A DNA stretch of 64,000 nt, taken from Endomicrobiales bacterium (GTDB lineage: Bacteria > Elusimicrobiota > Endomicrobiia > Endomicrobiales > JALOBY01). Of this stretch, positions 27,839-37,097 are shown piece by piece. The first letter of the stretch is position 1, and the number at the start of each line of letters is the position of its first letter. Position numbers and translations under genes: made by a program. The notes under the pieces were generated by a model, which saw nothing but the letters and a program-made list of their open reading frames with translations, did not search any database and was not told where the DNA came from. Location: assembly GCA_963796955.1 (NCBI GenBank), contig CAWCNJ010000009.1, positions 30,492 to 94,491 of the forward strand, read 5' to 3'.

Positions 27839-28721
27839 AATTAAGAACGCTCATTATGGTGCCGTTGCTTAGCGCTGCACTCTTTTTACCGGCGTACTGC
27901 GATGATACCGCCGCGCTGCGCCAAATGATCGATACCGTCAAAACAGCTTCAAAGGCTTACCCGCTCTGGCTCGAGTACGGGGCGGCTCTCAGCGCTCAGA
28001 ACGACTATGCGGGCGCCATTGAAGCGTATAAGAACGCGGTCAAACTTCGCCCAAAGAAAATCGACGGCCGTCTGCTGCTCGCGGCTGCTTTTGAACGCGC
28101 CGAGCTGTTCGATCAGGCGATAACAGAATATCTGTCTGCGCTTGAACGCGACCCTAAGTCGTATGACTCACTGATGCGGCTTGCAGCGCTCTATCTGAGG
28201 GAGGGCTTTAGCAGCAAAGCGATGGAATGTTATATAAAGGCCCTTACGCTCCGCCCGGATACCGAAACGTACAGACAGACCGCCCAATGTGCCGAGAATA
28301 TGGGAGATCTTGAGTTGGCGGCGTCAATGCTGCGGCAGGTACTTTCAAAAGAAAGCCGTTACGACGATAACTATAACGTCGGCCGGGTGTTGACCCTTTT
28401 GGGCGAACATACGGAGGCTGAAAAATATTTGTCAGAGGCTATACGCATAAACCCGGGCATGCCGGATGCCTATCTGTTGCTTGGCCTGTTGTATGAAAAA
28501 ATGGACAATTACACTCTGGCTGAAAAGATGCTTTCGATCGCACGGGAAAAAGCGCCCAGGAAGGGATCATCTATTTCTTCCTTGCCCAGCTGTATCACCA
28601 TCAAAATGACCGTGCCCGGGCCCTTGAAGAGATAGCCCAATGCCGTAAGCTCGCAAAAACCGAAATGCTGAAAGACTACAGTGAAAGGTTCCAGGCACTA
28701 TTGGCAGTAGAAAAACATTAA
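27835..28721 (+). pseudogene. Secreted TPR-repeat protein, broken by a -1 frameshift in the A-run 28547-28551
   Basis: Signal peptide plus repeated TPR-like A..Y..A..L.P helices. After ...SIAREK the -1 frame continues with a further TPR, GIIYFFLAQLYHHQNDRARALEEIAQCRKLAKTEMLKDYSERFQALLAVEKH*. Confidence 0.7.
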
Positions 28722-28738
28722 AATTTGTTGTCCATAGT

Positions 28739-28777
28739 AAAAAATACCGGGCGGTTTTCTCCGCACGGTATTTTTTT
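28739..28777. terminator. Bidirectional rho-independent terminator between convergent genes
   Basis: AAAAAATACCG-g-GCGG ttttct CCGC-a-CGGTATTTTTTT: A-tract on one side, T-tract on the other. Confidence 0.7.
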
Positions 28778-28797
28778 ATTTGTCGTAGTGATCGCTT

Positions 28798-29832
28798 TTA
28801 GGCCGGTTTTATTTGAAACAGGAATTTTATGCCGCCGATTTCCAGAATGTCGTTATCTTTCAGCTCCAGCTGGCCGGAAACGGGGGAATTGTTGACTTTA
28901 GGGTAACCGTCTTTTACCGCGGTCATGAGAAAGCCGGCAGGCCGTTTGCTTATCAGTACCGCTATGTCGGGGGCAAAAAACCCCTTGATCTTTATAGCGG
29001 CCGTTTCTGATTTTCCTATGTAGGTTAAAGGTGTCGTAAGATCGTAATCGTTTTGTTCAGCTTTTCCTTCAATAACTTTCAGATGACCGCTGACGGTAGA
29101 TTTTGGCGCCCCGATAGGTCCGATCGGTTCTGTAAGCGGCGGGACGGCGGCAGGAGCGATAGGCGGCGGCACAGGTGCCGGCGGAGGAGCGGAAGGGGGC
29201 GCTGCGGCCGGTCTTGCGGCTGGCGCGGATTCCGGTGACGGCGGCGCGGTTTGTTCAACGACCATGGCGGGCGGTTCAACCGGTGTCTCAGCCTTGGGCG
29301 GCTCTGCCGGTTCCACCGCTTTCACCGGTTCAAGAGTTTTTACCGGTTCAACAATGTTCACGGGCTCCGGAGGTTTCACTGCCTCTACGGGTGTAACGGG
29401 CTCCACCGGTACGTCCGGTATGACGGGAGCAGCGGGTTTTTCAACAGCGGCGACTGAGGCGGCAAGCTCCGCCAGTATTTGTTTTTGGATCTCCGGGTTG
29501 ATAACCACCGTTTCCTGGGTTTCAACAGCAGCGGCTTGTACTGATTCCGGGAAAACAAATTGGAGGCTGTGTTGCCCGAGCAGGATCGTATCATTATGTT
29601 GTAAAGCTGAAGTTAAAATACGTTTCTCGTTAAGGAACGTTCCGTTGGTACTTTGAAGGTCTTCTATCATGTACGTCTTGCCCTGCATGGTGATGCGGGC
29701 ATGGTGGCTGGAGATAGCCATGTTGTCGATGGCGATATCATTGTCGGGTTTGCGCCCGATCGTCAAGGGGGTCTTTTCTATGGGGATCTCTTTAAGGACC
29801 GCCGCATGGTATTTGAGCAAGAGTTTAGGCAT
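28798..29832 (-). CDS. Double-FHA protein with a Pro-rich linker
   Basis: N-terminal FHA: TIGRKPDNDIAIDNMAISSHHARI...YMIEDLQSTNGTFLN. About 110 aa P/V/E/A linker. Degenerate C-terminal FHA-like domain: YIGKSETAAIKIKG...NDILEIGGIKFLFQI. Confidence 0.8.
   Translation of the reverse strand: MPKLLLKYHAAVLKEIPIEKTPLTIGRKPDNDIAIDNMAISSHHARITMQGKTYMIEDLQSTNGTFLNEKRILTSALQHNDTILLGQHSLQFVFPESVQAAAVETQETVVINPEIQKQILAELAASVAAVEKPAAPVIPDVPVEPVTPVEAVKPPEPVNIVEPVKTLEPVKAVEPAEPPKAETPVEPPAMVVEQTAPPSPESAPAARPAAAPPSAPPPAPVPPPIAPAAVPPLTEPIGPIGAPKSTVSGHLKVIEGKAEQNDYDLTTPLTYIGKSETAAIKIKGFFAPDIAVLISKRPAGFLMTAVKDGYPKVNNSPVSGQLELKDNDILEIGGIKFLFQIKPA
29130..29460 (-). repeat. In-gene low-complexity region with degenerate (V/L)EPV(K/T)x hexapeptide repeats, then a poly-Pro/Ala stretch
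   Basis: PVEPVTPVEAVKPPEPVNIVEPVKTLEPVKAVEPAEPPKAETPVEPP...APPSAPPPAPVPPPIAPAAVPP. The DNA shows a recurring caccggttc-like unit. Confidence 0.6.
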
Positions 29833-30650
29833 TATAATTTCCTGATGGAATTGATCAGCTTATCCCACACCGTGGTTCCCTGCACGTGAAGCACGATCGC
29901 GCTGACGTTATCTCGCCCGCCCGCCTCGTTCGCTGCAGCTACCAGCTGGTCGGCTATGGATTGCGGCGTTGTGTCGTCATTGAAATGAGCGAGTATCTGT
30001 TCGTCGCTGAGCATCTTTGTAAGGCCGTCTGTGCACAACAGTACAAAATCGCCGCCTGCCGCTTCTTTTTCAACCAGTCCCGGCACCACGTTCGTGTCCG
30101 TGCCGAGGGCCCTGGTCAGAACGTTCTTATATTCAGAGCTTTCCGCCTGCTGTGCCGTGATAAGACCCTTGTCGATCTGTTCCTGCACAACTGAATGGTC
30201 GCGCGTCAGCTGGGATAACTGCCCCTGGCGCACCAGGTAGGCCCGGCTGTCACCGACCCAGCATATAATGTACGAATTATTGAGGTACAGCGTCAAGACC
30301 AGCGTGGTGCCCATTCCCTTGTTCTGGGAATAGCTGACGCTCGCTTCGTAGATAACTTCGTTCGCTATCTTAATGCTGGAAACGGCAAAGTTCGCGACCT
30401 CGGAAAGGGCGGGATCGTTCCCGCCGAAAACCATGGTTTCGCCGTTCCCGTCGGCCTTTTGTTGTAACACGGTCGCCAGGTTCTTCGCGATCACGTCGCA
30501 GGCCATTTTGCTGGCGACCTCGCCGGAGCGGTGGCCGCCCATACCGTCGGCTATTATAAAAATGTTATTCTTTTCATCAACAAGAAAATGATCTTCGTTG
30601 TTCGCCCGTACTCTGCCCCTGTCGGAGACCGCCCCGCAGGAAATGGTCAT
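29832..30650 (-). CDS. PP2C-family Ser/Thr protein phosphatase
   Basis: DRGRVRANNEDHF...IADGMGGHRSGEVAS...GTT...CTDGL...GGRDNVS. 1-nt (TAATG) overlap with the FHA gene. Confidence 0.9.
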   Translation of the reverse strand: MTISCGAVSDRGRVRANNEDHFLVDEKNNIFIIADGMGGHRSGEVASKMACDVIAKNLATVLQQKADGNGETMVFGGNDPALSEVANFAVSSIKIANEVIYEASVSYSQNKGMGTTLVLTLYLNNSYIICWVGDSRAYLVRQGQLSQLTRDHSVVQEQIDKGLITAQQAESSEYKNVLTRALGTDTNVVPGLVEKEAAGGDFVLLCTDGLTKMLSDEQILAHFNDDTTPQSIADQLVAAANEAGGRDNVSAIVLHVQGTTVWDKLINSIRKL

Positions 30651-33181
30651 AGCGACCCTGAATTTTTGATAGTCTCAACGCAGCGCTGAAGGTCTGCGGC
30701 TATTTCGCTGCCGCGCTGATAGCGCATATCAGGGTTCTTGTTCAGGCACTTATCCAGGACGGCGATAAGGCAATCGGGCAGATTAGGTTTGAATTCTTTC
30801 GGCGAGGGATGTTGTGCGTTCGCTATCTTGTACATCAGCGTCGCTATGCTGTCGCCGTCAAAGGGTTTGTGGCCGCACAGCAGTTCATAGAACATAACGC
30901 CGTAGCTGAAAAGATCGCTCCTGCCGTCAACTTTTTTTCCGGCGAGCTGTTCCGGCGACATATAGCTGGGCGTGCCCAGCACGGTCCCGGTGGCGGTCTT
31001 GGTGGAAGCGGCGATGTGCGCGATGCCAAAGTCCGTTATGCGTAGGGTGCCGTCTTTTAAAAGCATGATGTTGGCGGGCTTAATATCGCGGTGGATCACA
31101 CCCTGCTGGTGCGCGTAGTCCAGGGCCAGCGCTATCTTATTGGCGTAATCCAATGTAAAATTCAACGGTAGCAGGTTCGCTTTATCCGTGTATTTCTTCA
31201 GGTCTTCGCCTTCCAGCAGCTCCATCGCGATATAGGAAACCCCGTTATCTTCGCCGGCGTCATAGATCTTTATAATGTTCGGGTGGTTCAGGTTGCCGGC
31301 AGATTCGGCTTCCCGGAAGAAGCGTTCCTTAATGGCCTTGCCCGAAGCCTCATCAATATCATCGTCGAAACGCAGCGTTTTTATCGCGACCTGCCGGTTG
31401 ATCTTGGGGTCTTTGCCGAGATAAACCGTGCCCATCGCGCCATGGCCCAGCTCTTTTTCTATCTGGTAACGGCCAAGCGTGGGGTTTGCGGCCCCGGCTC
31501 CTTCCAATAATACGGTCCCTTCTGATGATGCTTTCTTACCGGCGACCCCGCCGAACACCGCGCCGTCCGAGGCTGCCTTAAGTTGTTTAATGCGTTCAGC
31601 GACACCCTTGAATTCCTTATCGGCCTTCATTATGTGTTCATAAACGGCGACGGCTTTATTGAACTGCCGTTTGCGTTCGAAGTCGAGACCCAGGTTATAC
31701 AGTAATTCCTTCATAGGTTCATCAACGGGACACTTGCGGAACTTTTCAAAGGCCATATCGAGCATGCCCTGCCCCTGGAAGGAAAGTCCCAGCATTTTGT
31801 TGGTCTCTATGGCGCCGGCCTCTACCAGTTCCTTCTTTTTTTCAGTGACCAGAAAACGTTTTGAAACGATTATCAGGTAGCCGGTTATCAGCAGTGACAT
31901 GCTATAAGAGATCTTCAGCCAGTAACCGTTGTTGACAAAAAAGTACGTGCTGCCGCCGGTCAGCGCCGCCAGCAACAGCAGAGAGATCAGGGCCCCTGCC
32001 AGCGCGTGCAGCCTGGGCAGTAAGAATGTCACAAAAAGGCCGATAAAGATAAGTGTGCCGAGTTCGGCGTTCTTCGCCCATTCGGGACGCGTTATGAACT
32101 TCTGATGAAGGATATTGCTGATAACGTTCGCGGTCACCTCAACGCCCGGAAAATTGTGTCCGGCAGGGGTGGTGTTCATATCCGCTATACCGGTCGCCAT
32201 GTGGCCGACCAGTACTATTTTATCTTTTAAAGCCGCAGGGTCTATCTTATTGTTCAGCACATCGTAAAATGAAAAATACGGGAAGGTTCCTACCGGACCG
32301 TTAAAGTTTATCAGCATTGCCGAAGTCGAAGGATCAAGGGGAATTACCGCGCGGCCGATGGCCAGAGACCTGTTAACCGTAAGTTTTACTTCTTCAAGAG
32401 GAATATTCAGATACATTCTTGTCAGCTGCACGGCGTACGAGGGAAAAAAATCACCTTCGGACCGCACCACCGGCATTTCAGACCTGACGCCGCCGTCGAC
32501 ATCCTTCAGCGTGTTCACATGGCCCAGGCCCGGGGAGGCGAAAATAAATCCTTCCAGCGGCAGCATCGGGCTGTGGCCTTCTATCTGGGGGAAGACGGAA
32601 ATGTTAGCGGTGTTCTCTATCAAGGTGATCGTGCTGGAAGAAAGCATGAGGGATGGTTCGCTTTCCTTGCCGAGGGCAGGGCCCATGGTAAAGTACATGG
32701 GCAATATGACCCTTCCGGAATGTTGCAGGGAGTTGAGCAATATCGAGTCGTTGTCCAGCCGGACTTGAGCTTGTGAAAGTTCCAGTTCTATCGCGTCTTT
32801 TAATTTCAGGTTCCTGCCCGCAAGCGCGGGTAGTTTTTCCTGCAGGTTCTTGATCTCTTCCAGACCCTGATTACGCTCCGGCTCGGTGAAAAGAATGTTA
32901 AGCCCGATCACCTTGGCGCCGCAATTGTTTATCGCGTCCAGCCCCCTGGCGATCACGGCGCGCGGCCAGGGCCAGCGGCCGAGTTTATTTATGGAATCAT
33001 CATCGATAGCCACAATGGCTATTTCATTACCCTGCGGGGAGGCCTGACGCAATGTGCAGCGGGCATCATACAGCTTCAGTTCAAGGGTTTCAAGGAAGGC
33101 GGGTTGTAAAAAATACAGGCCGACAAACGCAAGGATCAACACGATACCGATAGTCAGGTCCGAAAGGAAGAACTTTTTCAC
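30647..33181 (-). CDS. CHASE2-sensor / multi-TM / Hanks-type Ser/Thr protein kinase
   Basis: N-terminus: IVAIDDDSINKLGRWPWPR (CHASE2). 3-4 TM helices mid-protein. C-terminus: LGHGAMGTVYLG...AIK...HRDIKPANIML...DFGIA...GTPSYMSPE. ATGA overlap with the phosphatase gene. Confidence 0.85.
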   Translation of the reverse strand: MKKFFLSDLTIGIVLILAFVGLYFLQPAFLETLELKLYDARCTLRQASPQGNEIAIVAIDDDSINKLGRWPWPRAVIARGLDAINNCGAKVIGLNILFTEPERNQGLEEIKNLQEKLPALAGRNLKLKDAIELELSQAQVRLDNDSILLNSLQHSGRVILPMYFTMGPALGKESEPSLMLSSSTITLIENTANISVFPQIEGHSPMLPLEGFIFASPGLGHVNTLKDVDGGVRSEMPVVRSEGDFFPSYAVQLTRMYLNIPLEEVKLTVNRSLAIGRAVIPLDPSTSAMLINFNGPVGTFPYFSFYDVLNNKIDPAALKDKIVLVGHMATGIADMNTTPAGHNFPGVEVTANVISNILHQKFITRPEWAKNAELGTLIFIGLFVTFLLPRLHALAGALISLLLLAALTGGSTYFFVNNGYWLKISYSMSLLITGYLIIVSKRFLVTEKKKELVEAGAIETNKMLGLSFQGQGMLDMAFEKFRKCPVDEPMKELLYNLGLDFERKRQFNKAVAVYEHIMKADKEFKGVAERIKQLKAASDGAVFGGVAGKKASSEGTVLLEGAGAANPTLGRYQIEKELGHGAMGTVYLGKDPKINRQVAIKTLRFDDDIDEASGKAIKERFFREAESAGNLNHPNIIKIYDAGEDNGVSYIAMELLEGEDLKKYTDKANLLPLNFTLDYANKIALALDYAHQQGVIHRDIKPANIMLLKDGTLRITDFGIAHIAASTKTATGTVLGTPSYMSPEQLAGKKVDGRSDLFSYGVMFYELLCGHKPFDGDSIATLMYKIANAQHPSPKEFKPNLPDCLIAVLDKCLNKNPDMRYQRGSEIAADLQRCVETIKNSGSL

Positions 33182-33269
33182 GATTTCCCTTTATTATTCT
33201 TGGAAAGGTTAGTGCTCGTTCTTGATTATAATGGAAACTATATATATAGTCAAGGTGTTTTTAGGTAAA

Positions 33270-33298
33270 TTGACAAGAAACCGCCAAATTGGTAGGAT
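33270..33298 (+). promoter_or_regulatory. Sigma-70-like promoter for the lysA-dapF-dapA operon
   Basis: TTGACA - 17 nt - TAGGAT, 40 nt upstream of ATG 33338. Confidence 0.45.
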
Positions 33299-33337
33299 AA
33301 GCAGGTTAAAACTACTCCTGAGCCGCGAAAGGTTGCC

Positions 33338-34572
33338 ATGTATTCTTATCGGAAGGACCAGCTGCATATAGATACGGTTTCAGTACGTTCCATAGTTCGC
33401 AAATTCGGAACCCCTCTGTTCATTTATTCAAAGGCGCAATTGACCGCCAACTTCCGGAAATTCGACAATGCTTTTTCAAGCGTTCCGCACTTAACGTGCT
33501 TTGCGCTTAAGGCAAACTGTAACGGAACGGTCCTTTCAACGCTGGCAAAGCTGGGCTCCGGTGTGGATATCACCTCCGGTGGGGAATTATATCGTTCTCT
33601 GAAGGCAGGTTTCTCTCCTGCCAGGGTTGTGTACGCCGGCATAGGCAAGACGGCCGCGGAGATAGAGTACGCAGTTACGGCCGCATACTGATGTTCAATG
33701 TCGAGTCAGTGGAAGAACTTGAGGCCATTAACCGTATAGCCGGGCGTTTAAAGAAGAAGGCATCTATCGCTTTCCGGTAAACCCTAACGTTGACGCAGAT
33801 ACACACCACTACATAACGACCGGTAAAAGCGGCTCAAAATTCGGCATACCATATCAGGATTCGCTCGCAATCTACACAAAAGCCCGTAACATGCCGAACA
33901 TGCCGCATTGCCGGTATCCATTGCCATATCGGTTCTCAGATAACGAATGTAGTGTCATTTTCCATGGCTGCTCGCCGCATTGAAGGCATCGTCAGGGAAC
34001 TGCAGGCAGCCGGCATTGTGCTGCCCTTCATAGATCTGGGCGGCGGTCTTGGGATACAATATAACGACGGTGATGAGCCGAAGACTCCTGAGGAGCTGGC
34101 AAAAGCCGTCCTGCCGGTATTTAAGGATTTTAAAGGCACGTTCATTCTTGAGCCGGGCCGCTATCTGGTAGCTAATACCGGTGCCCTCGCCGGCAGCGTG
34201 ACCTACCGGAAAAAATGTGAAGGCAGGCAGTTCTTAATAACGGATATGGCGATGAACGACCTGCTGCGCCCGACACTGTACGAAGCCTATCATGAGATAG
34301 TGCCCTGTGAGCGGCCCACGCGGGCCAAAACAAAAGTTGATGTGGTCGGCCCTATCTGTGAGTCTGGCGATTTTATGGGCAAGGAGCGCCTTCTGCCCTG
34401 GGTTGAACAGGGTGAGGTGCTGGTGGTGCAAAACGCCGGCGCTTACGGCATGGCGATGTCGTCGCAGTACAATTCCCGCGGCCGGGCCGCCGAGGTAATG
34501 ATCGATGGAAGTAAAGTAAGACTGATCCGCAAACGCGAAAGTTATGAAGATATTATCAGGAGCGAACAATGA
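33338..34572 (+). pseudogene. lysA: Diaminopimelate decarboxylase, broken by three indels between 33680 and 33906
   Basis: Family sequence is recoverable by frame hopping: ...EIEYAVTA|GILMFNVESVEELEAINRIAGRLKKKASIAFR|VNPNVDADTHHYITTGKSGSKFGIP...ARNMPNM|IAGIHCHIGSQITNV...DLGGGLGI...EPGR...CESGD. Confidence 0.85.
33888..33905 (+). repeat. Perfect 9-bp tandem duplication (aacatgccg x2) inside lysA
   Basis: aacatgccg aacatgccg, encoding NMP-NMP, directly 5' of the third lysA frame break. Confidence 0.8.
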
Positions 34573-35405
34573 GCCGTACGAAAAATATAAATTTTCATAA
34601 GATCTCCGCCGCCGGGAATGATTTTATACTGATTGACAACCGCAAGAACGTGCTGCCCGCCGATATTTCCGCTCTTGCCGCTAAAATGTGCAACCGCAAA
34701 TTCGCGGTCGGCGCAGACGGGCTTATCGCGCTTGAAAATTCGGCGTCGGCGGATTTCAGGATGAAGTTCTTTAATTCCGACGGTTCTCCGGCAGAAATGT
34801 GCGGCAACGGCGCGCGGTCCCTTGCGCGGTTCGCCCACCGGATCGGCGCTGCGGGAAAGAAGATGTCCTTTGAGACCGATGCCGGCCTGGTCAGCGCTGA
34901 GATACTTAAAGAGGACGTGCGCATCCAGCTGAGCACGCCAAAGGATATACGCCTTGATTTTGTGCTCAAGGTGGAGAAGATGGAATTCAACGCCTCGTTC
35001 ATAAACACGGGCGTTCCGCATACGGTCATTTACGTCAATGATATTGAAAAAGCCGATGTCGTCAATATCGGCCGCGCGGTGCGGTATCACAAAGAATTTT
35101 CGCCGGCCGGGACGAACGTGAATTTTGTCCAGGTTAAAGACCGGCAGACCCTGCTCGTGCGTACCTACGAGCGCGGCGTGGAGGATGAAACCCTTGCCTG
35201 CGGCACCGGCGTTACTGCCAGTGCGGTAGTCTCGGGCATTAAAAAGCTGGTTGCGACCCCGGTCAACTGTGTCACACGGGGCGGCTATAAACTGATCGTC
35301 AATTTTACATTGAACGATACGGCGGACCTGATCTCCCCCGTTGACAATGTTTTCCTGGAAGGTCCGGCGGAGATCGCGTTCTCAGGTGAAATGGAAATAA
35401 AGTAG
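34569..35405 (+). CDS. dapF: Diaminopimelate epimerase
   Basis: FHKISAAGNDFILID...FFNSDGSPAEMCGNGAR...NTGVPH...YERGVEDETLACGTG. Confidence 0.92.
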   Translation: MSRTKNINFHKISAAGNDFILIDNRKNVLPADISALAAKMCNRKFAVGADGLIALENSASADFRMKFFNSDGSPAEMCGNGARSLARFAHRIGAAGKKMSFETDAGLVSAEILKEDVRIQLSTPKDIRLDFVLKVEKMEFNASFINTGVPHTVIYVNDIEKADVVNIGRAVRYHKEFSPAGTNVNFVQVKDRQTLLVRTYERGVEDETLACGTGVTASAVVSGIKKLVATPVNCVTRGGYKLIVNFTLNDTADLISPVDNVFLEGPAEIAFSGEMEIK

Positions 35406-35428
35406 TATAGAAATAATTGGAGGATTCA

Positions 35429-36303
35429 ATGTTTTCAGGCTCGTTCGTTGCGATAGTAACCCCTTTCAAGAATAGTAAGGTTGATTTTGATAAGCTCAAG
35501 GAACTGGTTAAGTTCCAGATAGATAACGGCACCGCCGGCATCATCCCCTGCGGCACGACGGGTGAGAGCGCGACGCTCTCCACGAAGAACACGAAGCCGT
35601 GATAGAGACCGTCGTGAAGACCGCCGATAAAAAGGTGAAGGTCGTCGCCGGAACGGGCTCTAACTGCACCGACGAAGCGATAGTCCTTACCAGGTTCGCG
35701 GAGAAGGTAGGCTGCGACGGCACCCTGCAAGTCTCTCCCTATTACAACAAGCCGACACAGAAAGGTCTGTACCTGCACTTTAAGGCGGTGGCCGACTCGG
35801 TAAAGATCCCCGTGATGCTGTACAATATCATGGGCCGCACGGCTGTGAATATTGAACCGGCTACTTTTGCGAAACTCGCGAAAGACTGCAAGAATATCGT
35901 TTCCGTTAAAGAAGCTTCCGGATCGCTGGAACAGATGTCGGCGATCAAGAAGCTATGCCCGGAAATGGACCTGCTCAGCGGCGATGACGCCATTACACTG
36001 CCGGTTCTTTCCATAGGCGGCACAGGCGTCGTTTCAGTCGTCGCCAACATAGTGCCCCAGGACGTCGCCGACCTGTGCAACGCCTGGTTCGAAGGCAACG
36101 TCCGTAAGGCGCAGGAAATGCATTATAAGCTGTTGCCGCTCGTCAAGGCAATGTTCATAGAAGGCAACCCGATCCCCGTAAAAGAGGCCATGGGCCTGAT
36201 GGGCTTGTGCTCCCCGGAAATGCGCCTGCCCATGTGCCCGATGGAAGAGCCGAACCGCCAAAAACTGATCCAGGCGCTCAATAGCTACGGGCTGATAAAA
36301 TAA
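35429..36303 (+). pseudogene. dapA: 4-hydroxy-tetrahydrodipicolinate synthase, broken by a -1 frameshift at the C-run 35580-35581
   Basis: [13 protein letters not shown]...[15 protein letters not shown], then in the -1 frame [13 protein letters not shown]...VVAGTGSN...SPYYNKP...YNI..R...VKEASG. GGAGG SD before ATG 35429. Confidence 0.88.
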
Positions 36304-36325
36304 CCATCAGTAATAGAGGCTGAAG

Positions 36326-36823
36326 ATGTTCTATCTAAAAATATTCGAGGAGTTAAATAAGAGTGGCGTGAAGTACCTGGTGATCGGCGGGATCGCGGTA
36401 AACCTGCATGGTTATGATAGGTTGACTGGTGACATAGATATAATGATGTCTTTCAGTCCAGAGAATGTGGATAAATTTGTTTCATTCGCTGAAAACCTCG
36501 GTTTCAAATCCAAAACCCCGGTCAGCATTAAAGATTTGGCTGACGGAGACAAGCGCCGCATGTGGATCGAAGAAAAAAATGCAAAAGTGTTTACCATATA
36601 CAACCCCAAGAACATGCTTGAGTCCATAGATGTTATGATAATGGAATATATCGATTTTGAGAAAGCATTTAAGAAGGCTGTGTTTGCGCAGGCTGGCGAC
36701 CTGAAAATACCTCTTGTGTCAATAGATGACCTGATAAAGCTTAAAGAGATAGCCGGTCGTGAAAGAGATATATCAGACATACGCGCTTTGCAGGTCATAA
36801 AGGAACTGAATGATGAAAAATAG
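36326..36823 (+). CDS. Minimal pol-beta-superfamily nucleotidyltransferase-fold protein
   Basis: YLVIGGIAVNLHGYDRLTGDIDIMM (hG[GS]..., DxD) and C-terminal IPLVSIDDLIKLKEIAGRERDISDIRAL. AT-richer than the flanking dap genes. Confidence 0.5.
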   Translation: MFYLKIFEELNKSGVKYLVIGGIAVNLHGYDRLTGDIDIMMSFSPENVDKFVSFAENLGFKSKTPVSIKDLADGDKRRMWIEEKNAKVFTIYNPKNMLESIDVMIMEYIDFEKAFKKAVFAQAGDLKIPLVSIDDLIKLKEIAGRERDISDIRALQVIKELNDEK

Positions 36824-36980
36824 CAGCTCTGAGTTTGACGTCGCAAGAATAAAAGCATACATGGCAATGCCCCCTCAGGACAAACTTCAATATCTGGAAG
36901 AAGCCAACGATTTTTTCGCAAAATTCAAGAACGAAAAAACTGATAAAATACGTCAGGAGCTGAAACGCCGAGGCTTCTGA
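36810..36980 (+). CDS. Small (56 aa) helical hypothetical protein overlapping the nucleotidyltransferase gene by 14 nt
   Basis: Not in the track (<60 aa). MMKNSSSEFDVARIKAYMAMPPQDKLQYLEEANDFFAKFKNEKTDKIRQELKRRGF*. Followed by a terminator. Confidence 0.35.
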   Translation: MMKNSSSEFDVARIKAYMAMPPQDKLQYLEEANDFFAKFKNEKTDKIRQELKRRGF

Positions 36981-37097
36981 TTATCACGGTAATAAGCAGT
37001 AATGGTTGCTAAGGTTGTAAAAGGAAACTGTCGTGACCTGGGGCGAAACGCAAAATAGATGTTTTTCCCGAACTAAAACGGGAATCCGATAATAACA

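Noticed and set aside
29130-29460. Possible CRISPR-like or non-coding repeat array
   Set aside because: The periodicity is degenerate. It lies inside a continuous ORF and translates to a Pro-rich linker. There are no spacer-like unique segments.
33182-33337. Lysine riboswitch (L-box) upstream of lysA; likewise a riboswitch in the AT-rich leader of dapB (37580-37888)
   Set aside because: Only about 40 nt lie between the predicted -10 and the lysA ATG, too short for an L-box. In the dapB leader I see only one simple hairpin (TTTAGGCA...TGCCTAAA) and none of the conserved L-box helices that I can recognise by eye.
33888-33905. The 9-bp tandem duplication as the cause of the third lysA frameshift
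   Set aside because: Nine bases is a multiple of three, so the duplication alone keeps the frame. A separate 1-nt change (an extra c around 33903-33906) is needed.
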